From Azolla caroliniana (Eukaryota; Plantae; Polypodiophyta), in contig JBHGNT010000003.1 of assembly GCA_043228905.1 (NCBI GenBank), positions 4,588,001 through 4,652,000 on the forward strand: a DNA stretch of 64,000 nucleotides. The letters are read 5' to 3'. Within the stretch, counting starts at the first letter, position 1, and each line of letters starts with the position of its first letter. A program made the position numbers and the translations under genes. Below are positions 51,801 to 61,800 of the stretch, piece after piece. The notes below the pieces were generated by a model that searched no databases, was not told the DNA's origin, and worked only from the letters and a program-made list of their open reading frames with translations.

Positions 51801-54700
51801 CGATGATCAAACTTCTCACGGAGTTTCGCGACGTATTCGCCTGGTCATACGAAGACATGCGAGGGCTGGACCCTCAATTATATCAGCATCAGATCCACTT
51901 AGACAAGGACGCGAAACCAGTGGCGCAACGACGTTACCGAATGAACCCCAACTACGCCGCCAAAGTGAAGGAGGAAATCGACAAACTCCTAAGAGTGGGC
52001 TTCATCCGGCCGGTAAAGAAAGCGACGTGGCTGAGTCCCATCGTCGTCGTCCCCAAGAAGAACGGTAAAATCCGTGTGTGTGTTGACTACAGGAAACTAA
52101 ATGCCGCCACAATTACGGATGCATTCCCTCTTCCGTTCACGGATGGAGTACTGGATGCCGTCGCCGGTCATGAAGTTTATAGCTTTTTAGACGGGTTCAG
52201 CGGGTACAATCAAATCCGGATGCACCCGGACGACCAGGAAAAGACAGCGTTCGTCACCGAATGGGGGGTGTTTGTGGCCGAAGTCATGATGTTCGGCCTA
52301 AAAACGGCACCAGCAACGTTCCAGCGAATCATCATGGAGATCTTCGGCGAATACATTCCTGCCTTTATGCAAGTTTTCCTGGATGATTTTGCAGTTTATA
52401 GCCGGGGAAAAGACCATTTGCAGCACCTACGGTTATGCCTTGAAAAGTGTAGGTTATACCGGCTAAGCTTAAACCCAGCAAAATGCATCTTTGGGGTTTC
52501 AAGTGGAATATTGCTGGGACACATCGTAAGTAAGGAGGGCATTGCGGTCGACCCGGACAAAGTAAACGCCATACTAGGGGCACCGGCGCCGAAAACGGCC
52601 AAAGCACTAAGCCGATTCTTAGGACAAATCCGGTGGCACAGCCGGATGCTCCGTCACTTGGCGGACTTGGCGACACCATTACACACCGCGGTACATCGGA
52701 CACCGTTCCAATGGACGGAGACGGAGGATAAGGCATACAATGCCCTGAAGGTACTTTTGTCGCAAGCACCTGTCGTGCAGCCTCCGGATTGGAGCAAGGA
52801 ATTTCACGTGTTCGTGGACGCGTCCGACATCGCGATTGGCAGCGCCTTAATGCAGCTTACGGAGCCCAAATGGTACCGACCGGTATATTACGCCAGCCGG
52901 AAGCTGTCCCAAGCGGAGAAGAACTATTCAACGACGGAACGGGAGGCCCTCGGCATGATCTACAGTGTCACAAAGTTTCGGCACTACCTATTGGGAAGGA
53001 AGTTCTCCTTTCATGTGGATCACTCGGCGCTTCTGTACTTAGTTTCCAAGGCGTCCCTGACCGGTAAGTTGGCCCGTTGGACCTTACTGTTGCAGGAGTT
53101 CGAATTCGAGATTTTCCACCGGCCCGGTATCCAGCATGCCGTAGCAGACTACCTGAGCCGGTTAGAGTCCGGAGAACCAGGCGACGGAGTAGCGGATGAA
53201 TTCCCGGACGCGGAGTTATTCCATATCACCCCGGAAACGGCAGCGGACGACACGGTGTCATCAGAAGATAAATGGCTGACAAACATGCACCAGTTCCTAA
53301 GCACGGGCCTGCCACCGGAGGAAATGAACCGGGACGAGAGGAAACGACTGGCGGTGCAGAGCCGCAATTTCTGTCTGTTACGGGACACTCTCTACCACAA
53401 AGGAGCAGATGGAATATGGAGACGGGCAGTCCGTAGTGACGAGAAGGAAGTAATCTTACGGGAAGCACACTGTGGGGTTGCCGGAGGACACTATGCCGGG
53501 GAAGCGACGGCGAGAAAAGTATGGCAGAGCGGCTTGTGGTGGCCCACGACGTTAAAAGACGCCGTCAAGTATGCTAAGGAATGTGACCTATGCCAACGAA
53601 TGGGCCAGCCTACGGAGCAAGCACGGATGCCACACCAACCGGTACTTCCACTAGAGCCATTCCAGAAGTGGGGATTGGATTTTGTCGGACCGTTCAAGCC
53701 ACCGGCAATGAGAACGGGTAATCGTTATGTCATCGTGGCAACGGATTATTGCACGAAATGGGTGGAAGCTAAGGCCCTGAGAGACAACACCGCGTCATCC
53801 ACAGCAAAATTCCTGTACGAGAACATTTGGTGCCGATATGGATGTCCGATTGAATTGATCAGCGACCAAGGAGGCCATTTCCTCGGCCAGGTAGTGGAAA
53901 GCTTAACAACGTTCTATGCCGTGGTTCATAAACGAAGCACACCGTACTACCCACAGGCGAACGGGTTAGCGGAGTCCACCAACAAAACGCTGCAGAACAT
54001 TCTCCGCAAAATCGTCAACGAAAACCGGACGGACTGGGATACAAAGCTTCATAGCGCGCTATGGGCGTACAGAACGGCATACAAAACAAGTATCCGGACA
54101 ACGCCGTTCCGGTTAGCATTCGGCTTAGAAGCGGTCATGCCGGTCGAGTTTCAGGTACCAAGCTTACGGATCCAACTACGGGAACGGCTGAATGAAAAGA
54201 AGTCGGAGGAAATGCGGCTAGCAGCACTATGCGAATTGGAGGAGCAACGGCTGGCCAGCATCCTACACATGGAACTGGAGCAACGACGACGGAAAGCGTT
54301 CGTTGACCGTCACCGGAAAGGTAACGAAAAGATGTTCGAAATCGGGAAGCCGGTTCTAGTATTCCAAACGAGGATGGGCAAAATGCCGGGTAAACTCCGG
54401 TTCAGATGGACAGGCCCTTATTGGCTGACAAGGGAATACAACGGGTCCTATCAGATAGGGACACTTGCCGGTGAAGTACCTGGCAAATGGGTGAATGGAT
54501 TTCGACTAAAGCCCTATAAAGGACCGATGCCAAAGAACCCGTTTATGCAGCACTCCGGCACTATACCGGGAACCTGTCCGGAATCGGTACGGATCGATCC
54601 GGAAGAAAAAGACGACGGGGAACCCGTAGTAGCGACGAAGCAAGACATGGCAAACCGTAAGGAAAACGGTCAGGGTCCGAAGGGACCTACGGATGTGTAA
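48860..54700 (+). CDS. Gag-Pol polyprotein (gag, 3 CCHC knuckles, PR, RT, RNase H, IN), 1946 aa
   Basis: VIDGGSGVN; RVCVDYRKLN, FLDGFSGYNQI, VFLDD; FVDASD, YSTTEREAL; H..GGH/CDLC, WGLDFVGP, SDQG, QANGLAE, WTGPY. Order PR-RT-RH-IN. Confidence 0.97.
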   Translation: MTRPTHDLVTDRARRIAERQRRRETFQQAAQEIRSDRSFSNEIRRVAEESLRLRQTRDQDDGSSLSSLRETERLLEALASGENEAEAFSAYESDSEGGYSVHTNYRSSNDTPGGPEDDGSDTVPTPEPEPLNQGYPEPQTEAVNPPTPEAEEAKPPTPTKEPAKVPEEEPEKEPEVEPEKEPEKYQQTPLNRGLILDDDMPFQYSKYRDDPDAEAHVDDFEQTWEANHTSQRMTPEEEERSKIAEFGVTLEGPATRWRRSQDPATITTFAELKAKFLHFFHKEVDQTTMVGLFYTIRQEGGESIPQFVIRFQRMHSQLARAPPEEELRTIFLNALREPLRTVCTVIDFRGCTIDQVIDRVREMEKTSSWLTLGTLQRALPTEEDLRFRQAIQCTICLNAGHSAVECTMRTQCVICQSKSHTTDRCEYNLLNRQAPPVRRIEPRSSRDEDDDRWQRGNRYPPAQDVRYGDRQENDGRYGNRRDNYDRYERSDRYREPNRRHEQYDRDHSPGYRRHQEDYGRCYDPPRLDYRNKHKNNKKRNFKKGGHPRDPEHGIPRGQPAQNAPLATGPTPTTSNAESSNTRKEYCYYCRQEGHYSNQCPVKSYEKRPAVNMVVPEVTDVQQVTTRSKGMTKEWETQEAIRKQATEWVKEANEKNVADAQRQKANTIGSAGGSHPENETWQALQECQITLPLGRLLQLVPRFTEGLKTSMTDGIAPPAPVLFSNPEEGPTVVDTSSPAITAIVKGHELPGTVIDGGSGVNVISLRTCDALGIHEWEPCPFWLRMADTSSVRPTGLIRKLEVTIGGHTFHISAVVLQLQAQGAYPLLLGRPWLKTAHIKQNWRKNMITFRRGKAKVRVPTQPRTSNGKECTPLYAECVNMLEGLADDEEAQYLEEHPKIVPLFEIDVAEAVAAYLPQRDDTEAEPDKDAIRELRQAQEALEREMAVSQRVKASQLDEVNLGSKDESKPVHIAKEMKLEDKAAMIKLLTEFRDVFAWSYEDMRGLDPQLYQHQIHLDKDAKPVAQRRYRMNPNYAAKVKEEIDKLLRVGFIRPVKKATWLSPIVVVPKKNGKIRVCVDYRKLNAATITDAFPLPFTDGVLDAVAGHEVYSFLDGFSGYNQIRMHPDDQEKTAFVTEWGVFVAEVMMFGLKTAPATFQRIIMEIFGEYIPAFMQVFLDDFAVYSRGKDHLQHLRLCLEKCRLYRLSLNPAKCIFGVSSGILLGHIVSKEGIAVDPDKVNAILGAPAPKTAKALSRFLGQIRWHSRMLRHLADLATPLHTAVHRTPFQWTETEDKAYNALKVLLSQAPVVQPPDWSKEFHVFVDASDIAIGSALMQLTEPKWYRPVYYASRKLSQAEKNYSTTEREALGMIYSVTKFRHYLLGRKFSFHVDHSALLYLVSKASLTGKLARWTLLLQEFEFEIFHRPGIQHAVADYLSRLESGEPGDGVADEFPDAELFHITPETAADDTVSSEDKWLTNMHQFLSTGLPPEEMNRDERKRLAVQSRNFCLLRDTLYHKGADGIWRRAVRSDEKEVILREAHCGVAGGHYAGEATARKVWQSGLWWPTTLKDAVKYAKECDLCQRMGQPTEQARMPHQPVLPLEPFQKWGLDFVGPFKPPAMRTGNRYVIVATDYCTKWVEAKALRDNTASSTAKFLYENIWCRYGCPIELISDQGGHFLGQVVESLTTFYAVVHKRSTPYYPQANGLAESTNKTLQNILRKIVNENRTDWDTKLHSALWAYRTAYKTSIRTTPFRLAFGLEAVMPVEFQVPSLRIQLRERLNEKKSEEMRLAALCELEEQRLASILHMELEQRRRKAFVDRHRKGNEKMFEIGKPVLVFQTRMGKMPGKLRFRWTGPYWLTREYNGSYQIGTLAGEVPGKWVNGFRLKPYKGPMPKNPFMQHSGTIPGTCPESVRIDPEEKDDGEPVVATKQDMANRKENGQGPKGPTDV

Positions 54701-54714
54701 GGTCACACACCTTC

Positions 54715-54718
<4 letters not shown>

Positions 54719-54757
<39 letters not shown>
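54719..54757 (+). repeat. A39 homopolymer between pol and the extra ORF
   Basis: Direct count. Confidence 0.9.
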
Positions 54758-54763
<6 letters not shown>

Positions 54764-55090
54764 TCATTAGAAATCGAGGTATGAACGGGTGTGAAAGCGA
54801 GGCGCGAAAAGGTACGTAGTGGGCATTTAAGAGACGCCACGCTACTTAATACTAAATTAGTACACGACGTGTGCATGCTCGAAAAAGGCGCCAAAACGCA
54901 CAAAGAAGAAGCAGAACGCATGGAGACCTTTTCATTTCGCGAGCCAAGAAGCACAGAAGCACCAAGACAGTGGAAGCTGAGCAAACGCGAACCTGCACGC
55001 AGAGAACCCCCGCGCTCAGAACGCTCTCTCTCTCGCTCTCACCCTCATCACCACTCTACCTCGCCATCTTCCCTCGACCTTGAAGCAGAC

Positions 55091-57748
55091 ATGGAACCAC
55101 AAACGCTGTCGGAAGCGGCCAGGAAATGGTTCAGGCAAAACGGACTGGAGGGGTTCTTGGCCATCATGGAGGCACCGCCGCACAGAGAAGCCGACCGGGT
55201 CATCAAGGAGCTCGCCACAGAGGTCATCACCGAGGAAGCGATCCGCGCGCTAACAGGACTTCCGGAGGGAGGAATCTTTTAGATCGATAACCCAACCTCG
55301 GAGCAACTCACCCGATATTTCGGTGAGTACTCTGTTGCCGGCAAAGGCTATCGGACGCAGGGCGGCGAAGATCCGCTATTCAGGGAGATAGCTCGAGTGC
55401 TCCATGAGTACGGTCACGTGTACCCCCGACCCCCTGTCATGCCAAAAAATCGGGCAGGGATGATCATAGCCACCTATGAAGGGGTCAAGGTGGACTGGCC
55501 GGTGTTGATTGCAGACGGGTTGTGCATGGCAATCGACATGGTACGAGGGAAGGACGGCAAGGAGGGCCGGAAGCTGTGGCACGCCGTAGCGCAATGGATA
55601 ACATTGCTCGTGCCGCCGGTCGAGACCGTCCAGCCAAAGAAGCGGCCAAGAGTATCGGAAGGAAGCACCTCGAAGCCGGCGTCCAAACGACAGCAGCTGC
55701 TGGCGTCAAAGGCGACGAGAGGGAAGAAACGGGTCCAAGAACCGGAGGAGGTGTCACCGGTCCGACCCGTCAAGATAACCTTACAGAGACCAGGACAGAA
55801 GGAACCGGAACCCTTGACGGCACAGAAACATGCCGTGACACAGGAAGAGGAAACGGAGGAGCCAGAAGAGCACCTCCAACGACGGTCAAGAAGTAGGACC
55901 GCCGAGACAGGAGGGGAGCGGTCGTACCCGCGAGAGGCGGAAACGCCCCCAACTCAACCTGAGCAAACCACAAGGGAAGAACCGGAACCGGTGCATAGGG
56001 AACCGGTCTTGGCGACTTCTATAGAAGAAGTCATGCCAACGGCGGCGGAAACGGCGGGAACCGGAACGCAACAGCCGGCGAGCACAGCCAGCACACACGG
56101 CGGCCAAGGAGTAGAACCAGAACGGCATATGCAGGCACTCAGGCCAGATAATTCCACAGGGAATGAGCCGACCCGACCAGTACAACAACAAGGCACCAGT
56201 AGCATGTGGCTACGGTGGGTAGGCGAGCAAATCGCCGGAGTGGTCGAGTATATAGAGGCGGAAGAGAGAGCGCACCAGGAACGGTTGCTCGTCACAACCG
56301 TAGATCTAGAGACGGCCCGGTCCAGAATCCGGAGCCTTGAACAAGAATTGGACAGGGTCACAAGGGAAACACAAGTCCAAGCACCGGTGACTCCGGGCAA
56401 TGTACAGAATAAAGTATCAAATCAACCTGTACATAGCAATCAGACCCCGGCAACGGAAACCGTTCCGGAGAGAAATGCGGCACAAGCCCAAGAGCTTGCG
56501 GATTTAAAGGATGAGCTAGCTGCCCAAGAAGCGCTGAGGAGCCGCGAAAGAGAATTGAAGACGGCAGCGGAGGCAGAACTCAAAAAGACTGCTGAGAATC
56601 TACGCCGGGCCGAGGAGAGCTTACGGAAAGGCCACCAAGCATACGACCGGCTCAAGGAAGAAAAAGAGAAAATGCTGCAAGAGAAGGACAAGCTCCGGAG
56701 GAACGCCGAAACAGAAGTAGAGCGCCTGAAAGAGGAACTCCGGCAGGTAAAGGACCGGGAGGACCGGAACCATCGCCAAATCAACGGCAAGCTCAAACAA
56801 AAAACGGAGGAATTTGAGCAATTGCACCGGGAGTATAAACGGTTGCAAACGGAGCACAAGGAACGGACGGATGAGCTCCGGCAAGCCGTTGATCGGACCG
56901 CAACCGCATTCGCCAAGGAACAAGCGGAAAACAGAAGACGGCTGGAAGAGGCGGAGAAGGTTCGGACAGAGCTCCTCAGGCAACAGCAGGCGGAAAAAGA
57001 AAGAGCGGCGGAGGTACTGCAGAGGCTGCAAACGACATATCAAGGGCAGCTGACGCGCTACAGAGAGCAGGCGGAGGATACGGCAAATCTCATCAAGCAG
57101 TTGAAGGAGGAGCGACAAGTGGTGGAAAGCAGAGCACAAATGGGAGCAAGTCGCATCCAAGATATAATGCGGGCCTGGTTGAACCAGACCAAGAGCTTGA
57201 TTGACAACGGTTCCGTCAAATGGTGGACCAAGTGGGCCACGAACGCGGCAGAACTCCAATTGCTCCGGGCTGACGTAGAGAACCGGCGGAAGGAGGGAGA
57301 TGATTGCTATATGCTGAATTCTGAAGACTTCACCGGCATAAGAGATGAGTTGGCCGAAGACTTTCAAGCCTTGGCGGAGGACCAACTAGAGCAAGTCCGG
57401 CAACTTGTAGCTCAGCTGGATGACGACAGGCTGGAGGCGCAGATCCAGTTTGAAAGCTACGAGAGGTCCCGGATCCGGGGAGAGAAAGAACGAGAACCAG
57501 TTACGGTTAACCTCAGTGATGAGGAACCGTTACTGGAAGGAGACCGTACCGGAAGCAGTCAAACGGAGATGCCGGAGCCAGAAAAACAAACGGAGCAGTA
57601 GCAGCAAGCACAGCAGCCGGAGCAACCTCAGTCTCAACCGCAACCACAGCAGCAGCAGCAGCAGCAAGCACAGCCGCAACAACCACAACCGGAAGAACAA
57701 GTGGAAATTCTTGAACAAAGTAATTTGGACAATTTGGGTGAACAATGA
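55091..57748 (+). CDS. Extra retrotransposon ORF (PMD-like N-terminus, disordered linker, long coiled coil, Q-rich tail) with two in-frame TAGs; longest open part 55283-57601
   Basis: Track ORFs 54791-55282 and 55397-57601 share a frame and are separated only by TAG 55280; the frame continues past TAG 57599 to TGA 57746. ITEEAIRALTGLPEGG and VKVDWPVLI motifs; E/K/R/Q heptads ~56480-57130. Confidence 0.8.
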
Positions 57749-57800
57749 AGGGGCCGAGAAGGGTTCGACGTACAAGGTACTGTCCCACGGGCGTGCCATG

Positions 57801-58220
57801 TGTTACCGGCCGGCAAGGAGTCCAAAATACGGAGTGAAGGAATTAATTAGATATGGTTGTAAATGAGCATAGTGTGGACTGACGGACTGGAAACGGTATG
57901 CCGTTCCAGATCCGGACGGATCCCGAATAGGTGCGAGAAGCACCGTTTTGTACTACGGGCCGGAAACCTATTTAAAGGCCCGGACCCTATTGTAATGACA
58001 GCGGATAATTAATAGAGATTCTGATGTTTATATTTCTGTCTTGATTTCCGTTCTGTAATCACTGTTATATCTTACGCGTGTAATTAACCAAAGCAATCTA
58101 ATCGTGTAACCTACGTAAGTCGGTGTAATCGTTGAATCTTAATCCTATGCCGTAATCACCCTTTGGTGAAGTGTCTCCGTGACACCTTGTGTTAGGCCTT
58201 GTCCGGCTAAGAGAATAACA
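57801..58220 (+). repeat. 3' LTR of element F
   Basis: Copy of 48389-48808, followed by TSD ACGCC. Confidence 0.97.
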
Positions 58221-58824
58221 ACGCCAAGGTGATTGTCGAGCCTCAGCATACGCTGCAGATTTTTGCCTACTCGCCACCGATATCCCTTGGGATGATCAAG
58301 CATTGATGGAGCAATTTCATTATGGTTTACGCAACGATGTCAAGGATTTACTCTTGACCTTCCCCGAAGAACCAAAGTCATTAACAGAAGCAATCAATTG
58401 CGTGGTGAGATGCGACAACCGCCTTTTCGAACGACGTTCGGAACAACAATTCCATATGCTGAGGGCAAGATCAGAGCCCACCTACGTCTGAGTGGTAGCG
58501 AAACCTTTTTTGAGGGACTCATAATGCATCTCTAGTGAATACTTTGACTCCGATGGAGATTGACACTAGAAGTCGTTGCGGACCATTATCGGAAGAAGAA
58601 AAGCAATGACGTCGAGCAAATCAACTATGTCTTTATTGTGGTGGACCAAGGCATATTGCAGTAAATTGTCCCCATAGGCCAAGAAGACAGGTAAACCAAA
58701 TAGTTGCTAGTTCTAATTGTACTAAACCCGAGTCTATTTCAGTAGGAATATCTGATAGTCCTAATAGTACTAATAGTCCAAATCTAGCGAACAAATTTGA
58801 TGTCCTTAGTCAGTTAGAAGAAGA

Positions 58825-58869
58825 GTTAAATGACTAAGTCCAGCCAAACTAGGAGCCGTTTGGTTGGAT
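58825..58869 (+). promoter_or_regulatory. Putative -1 frameshift signal of gypsy E
   Basis: G TTA AAT, 6-nt spacer, hairpin gtccagccaaac/gtttggttggat. Confidence 0.65.
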
Positions 58870-61800
58870 AGCCCTAGATCTGTGCAACCCATTAGTGGTT
58901 CCATTCCCTCTAAGCAAGTTAGCAATGTGTTCGTAGCCCAAGTAATAGTTAGTACTAAAAGTACCCCTCTAGTACATGTCTTAGCACTTCTAGATTCCGG
59001 AGCTAATTCTTGCTTCATGGATAGAAATTTTGCCCAAGCTCATTAGATATCTCTCAGAAAACTCCCGTGTCCAGCCTCTGTAGTAGTCATTGATGGTCAT
59101 CCCATTGCTTCCGGAAATATCATAGAAGAGTCAGAGCCCGTTAATATTGTCCTAGATAATCTAGCGTGTGTAGTATCATTTAATATAATTAGTATCCCAG
59201 AACATCCCATTGTTTTAGGATTACCATGGTTCGAATTACATAACCCAGACATAGATTAGAGAACAAGACAAATCCGGTATCGACAAGCTAGAGGATCTAC
59301 TCATAAGATTGCAACCATTTTGCCACTGTATCAGTTGCGGGAAGAAGGACGCAAGGAAGACATGTTTCTCTTCACAATATCAGTAGAACCCTCCAACACC
59401 ACTAAAGAGGAGTCCACTGTTCAACTTCCAAAGAAGTATCGTCATTATGCTGATGTGTTCAATAAAGTACAAGCCAATACGCTTCCTCACCATTGACCGT
59501 ATGATTGCCCAATTGATTTACAACCAGGAAAAGAGCCACCATGGGGACCGATCTACAATTTGTCACCAACCAAGCTAGAAGTCCTTCAAGCCTATATAGA
59601 GGAGAATGTGGAAAATGGTTTCATTCGGCATTCGAAATCTCCAGCTGGCACACCCATTTTCTTCGTCAAGAAAAAGGATGGATCACTTCGTCTCCTTGTA
59701 GATTACCGTGGCTTGAATAAGGTCACCATCAGAAATAGGTCACCTTATCTCAAGTCTTTTAGAATGGATCAATGGTGCAAGGTTCTTCCTAAAGATTGAA
59801 TTACGGGGAGCATATAAACTCGTACGAACCGACCAGGAGATGAATGGAACACCACGTTTCGCACTAGATATGGGCACTTTGAGTATATGGTCATGCCATT
59901 CAGCCTCACTAATGCGCCAACAATCTTCCAACACATGGCAATGATATATTCCGAGACCTCTTGGATGTTTGTTTGATAATCTATTTGGATGATCTACTGG
60001 TTTATTCGAAGACCCAAGAAGAGCATGATTCTCATGTACTGTTAGTACTAAAACGACTTCGAGAACATGGTCTTTATGCAAAGCTAGAAAAATGTAGTTT
60101 CGGGTGCAACCAGGTGGAATTTCTGGGCTATGTCATCTCCTCGGAAGGTATCTCCATGGATCCAGCTAAGGTTAAAACGGTAGTAGAGTGGCAAACTCCG
60201 CGTTCGTTGCGAGATGTGCAATGCTTTTTAGGCTTTGCCAATTTCTACGGCAACTTTATACAGGATTACTCAAAGCTTGTTCTGCCTCTCACACAACTTA
60301 CTAAGAAGGGACAATCGTTCGTTTGGTTTGAAGAAGCGGACATGGCTTTTGAGAATCCTAAGAAGGCATTTACACCGGCTCCTATTCTAGGTCACGTTGA
60401 TCCGGATAAACCATTCATCATGGAAGTGGACGCGTCGGATTTCGCATTGGGTAGCATTCTGTCACAACAAGGTAATGATGAAAAGCTACATCCCGTGGCT
60501 TTCCAATCACACAAGTTTGACGCCACCGAAATCAACTACGAAAATTCATGAGAAGGAGCTATTAGGAATAGTTGACTCTTTTACGCAATGGAGGCATTTT
60601 CTAGAGGGATCCTCTCATCAAGTCACCATATTCAGTGATCACAAAAACCTTGCCTACTTTCAGAGTGCTCGTGTGTTAAATCGACATCAAGCTTGGTGGG
60701 TTCAATTCCTCATGCCTTTCGACTTCAAAATTACATATCGTCCGGGGAAGCACCAAGGGAAGGCAGATGCATTATCACGGAGTTCGTATCTAGCACTGCA
60801 AGTAATCTTGGGACCAGCATGATTGCAAGCAACAGAGGTCTTCGGCATGCCCTTGGATTCCCACGTTATCGATACCATACATGAGGACTTGAAGATAGAT
60901 GCTTTCGCCCAAGCCATTCTAGCACAAATTGATCCCTCTTGAGCATCTTGTTTGCTGTCGCAACAACCAGGCATGGACTATCGACAATTCGAATGTCATG
61001 ATGGATTACTATTCTTTAAGAAACTCTTGTATGTTCCTAATGGTTCTTGCTGCCTTTGAGTAGTCCAAAACTGTCATGACACATATACAACTGGGCATTT
61101 TGGTAGTACTAAGACATTAGATTTAGTACAACAATCATTCTGGTGGCCTTGTATGCGACAATTTGTCGAAGACTTTGTTCGGACTTGTGATACATGTTGC
61201 AGAGCAAAAATGCCAAGGCATTATCCATATGGTTTATTAGAACCATTACCAATTCCAAGCAAGCTGTGGCAATCCATTGCTCTAGATTTCATCACAGATC
61301 TTCCAATCCCTAAGGGATTCAATGCGATTTTAACAGTAGTAGATCGATATACGAAGATGGCTCATTTCCTCCAATGTACTAAGGAAATCTCTAGTGAAGA
61401 AACCGCCGAAATTGTCATGCGTGAAGTATGTCGGCATCATGGCCTTCCTGATAATATCATCAGCGACCGTGGACCCTAGTTCATCTCGAAAATCTGGAAG
61501 CACCTTTTTAAAATGCTCAAGGTCACTTGTAACCTCTCCTCCGGCTACCACCCGCAAATCGACGGCCAAGTAGAATGAACAAATCAAACGCTGGAGCAGT
61601 ATCTTCGGTGCTTCCTATGCTATCATCCGGATGACTGGGTGGATATTCTCCACTTCGCCGAATTTGCCTATAATAACTCTGTCCACTCATCGACTAAAGT
61701 TACGCCATTTTATGCTTAGACGGGTTGTCACCCCCTGTGGTGTGTATTTGAAACCCCAGAGTTACACACAAATCCTTGCGCAAAGGATCATTTGGAGCGG

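Larger units (their letters stand above)
48389..58220 (+). mobile_element. Intact, very young Ty3/gypsy element F (9832 bp, non-chromovirus) with an extra 3' ORF
   Basis: Two 420-bp LTRs with no difference found by eye; perfect TSD ACGCC (48384-88, 58221-25); uninterrupted 1946-aa gag-pol. Confidence 0.97.

Noticed and set aside
55280-55282. U-to-C RNA editing restoring the stop codons
   Set aside because: Established for fern and hornwort organelles, not for nuclear transcripts.
49968-57385. Long antisense ORFs such as 50147-50911 and 56621-57385
   Set aside because: Expected shadows of GC-rich sense ORFs, with no motifs.
55091-57748. Retroviral-type env gene
   Set aside because: No signal peptide or transmembrane segment; the protein is highly charged.
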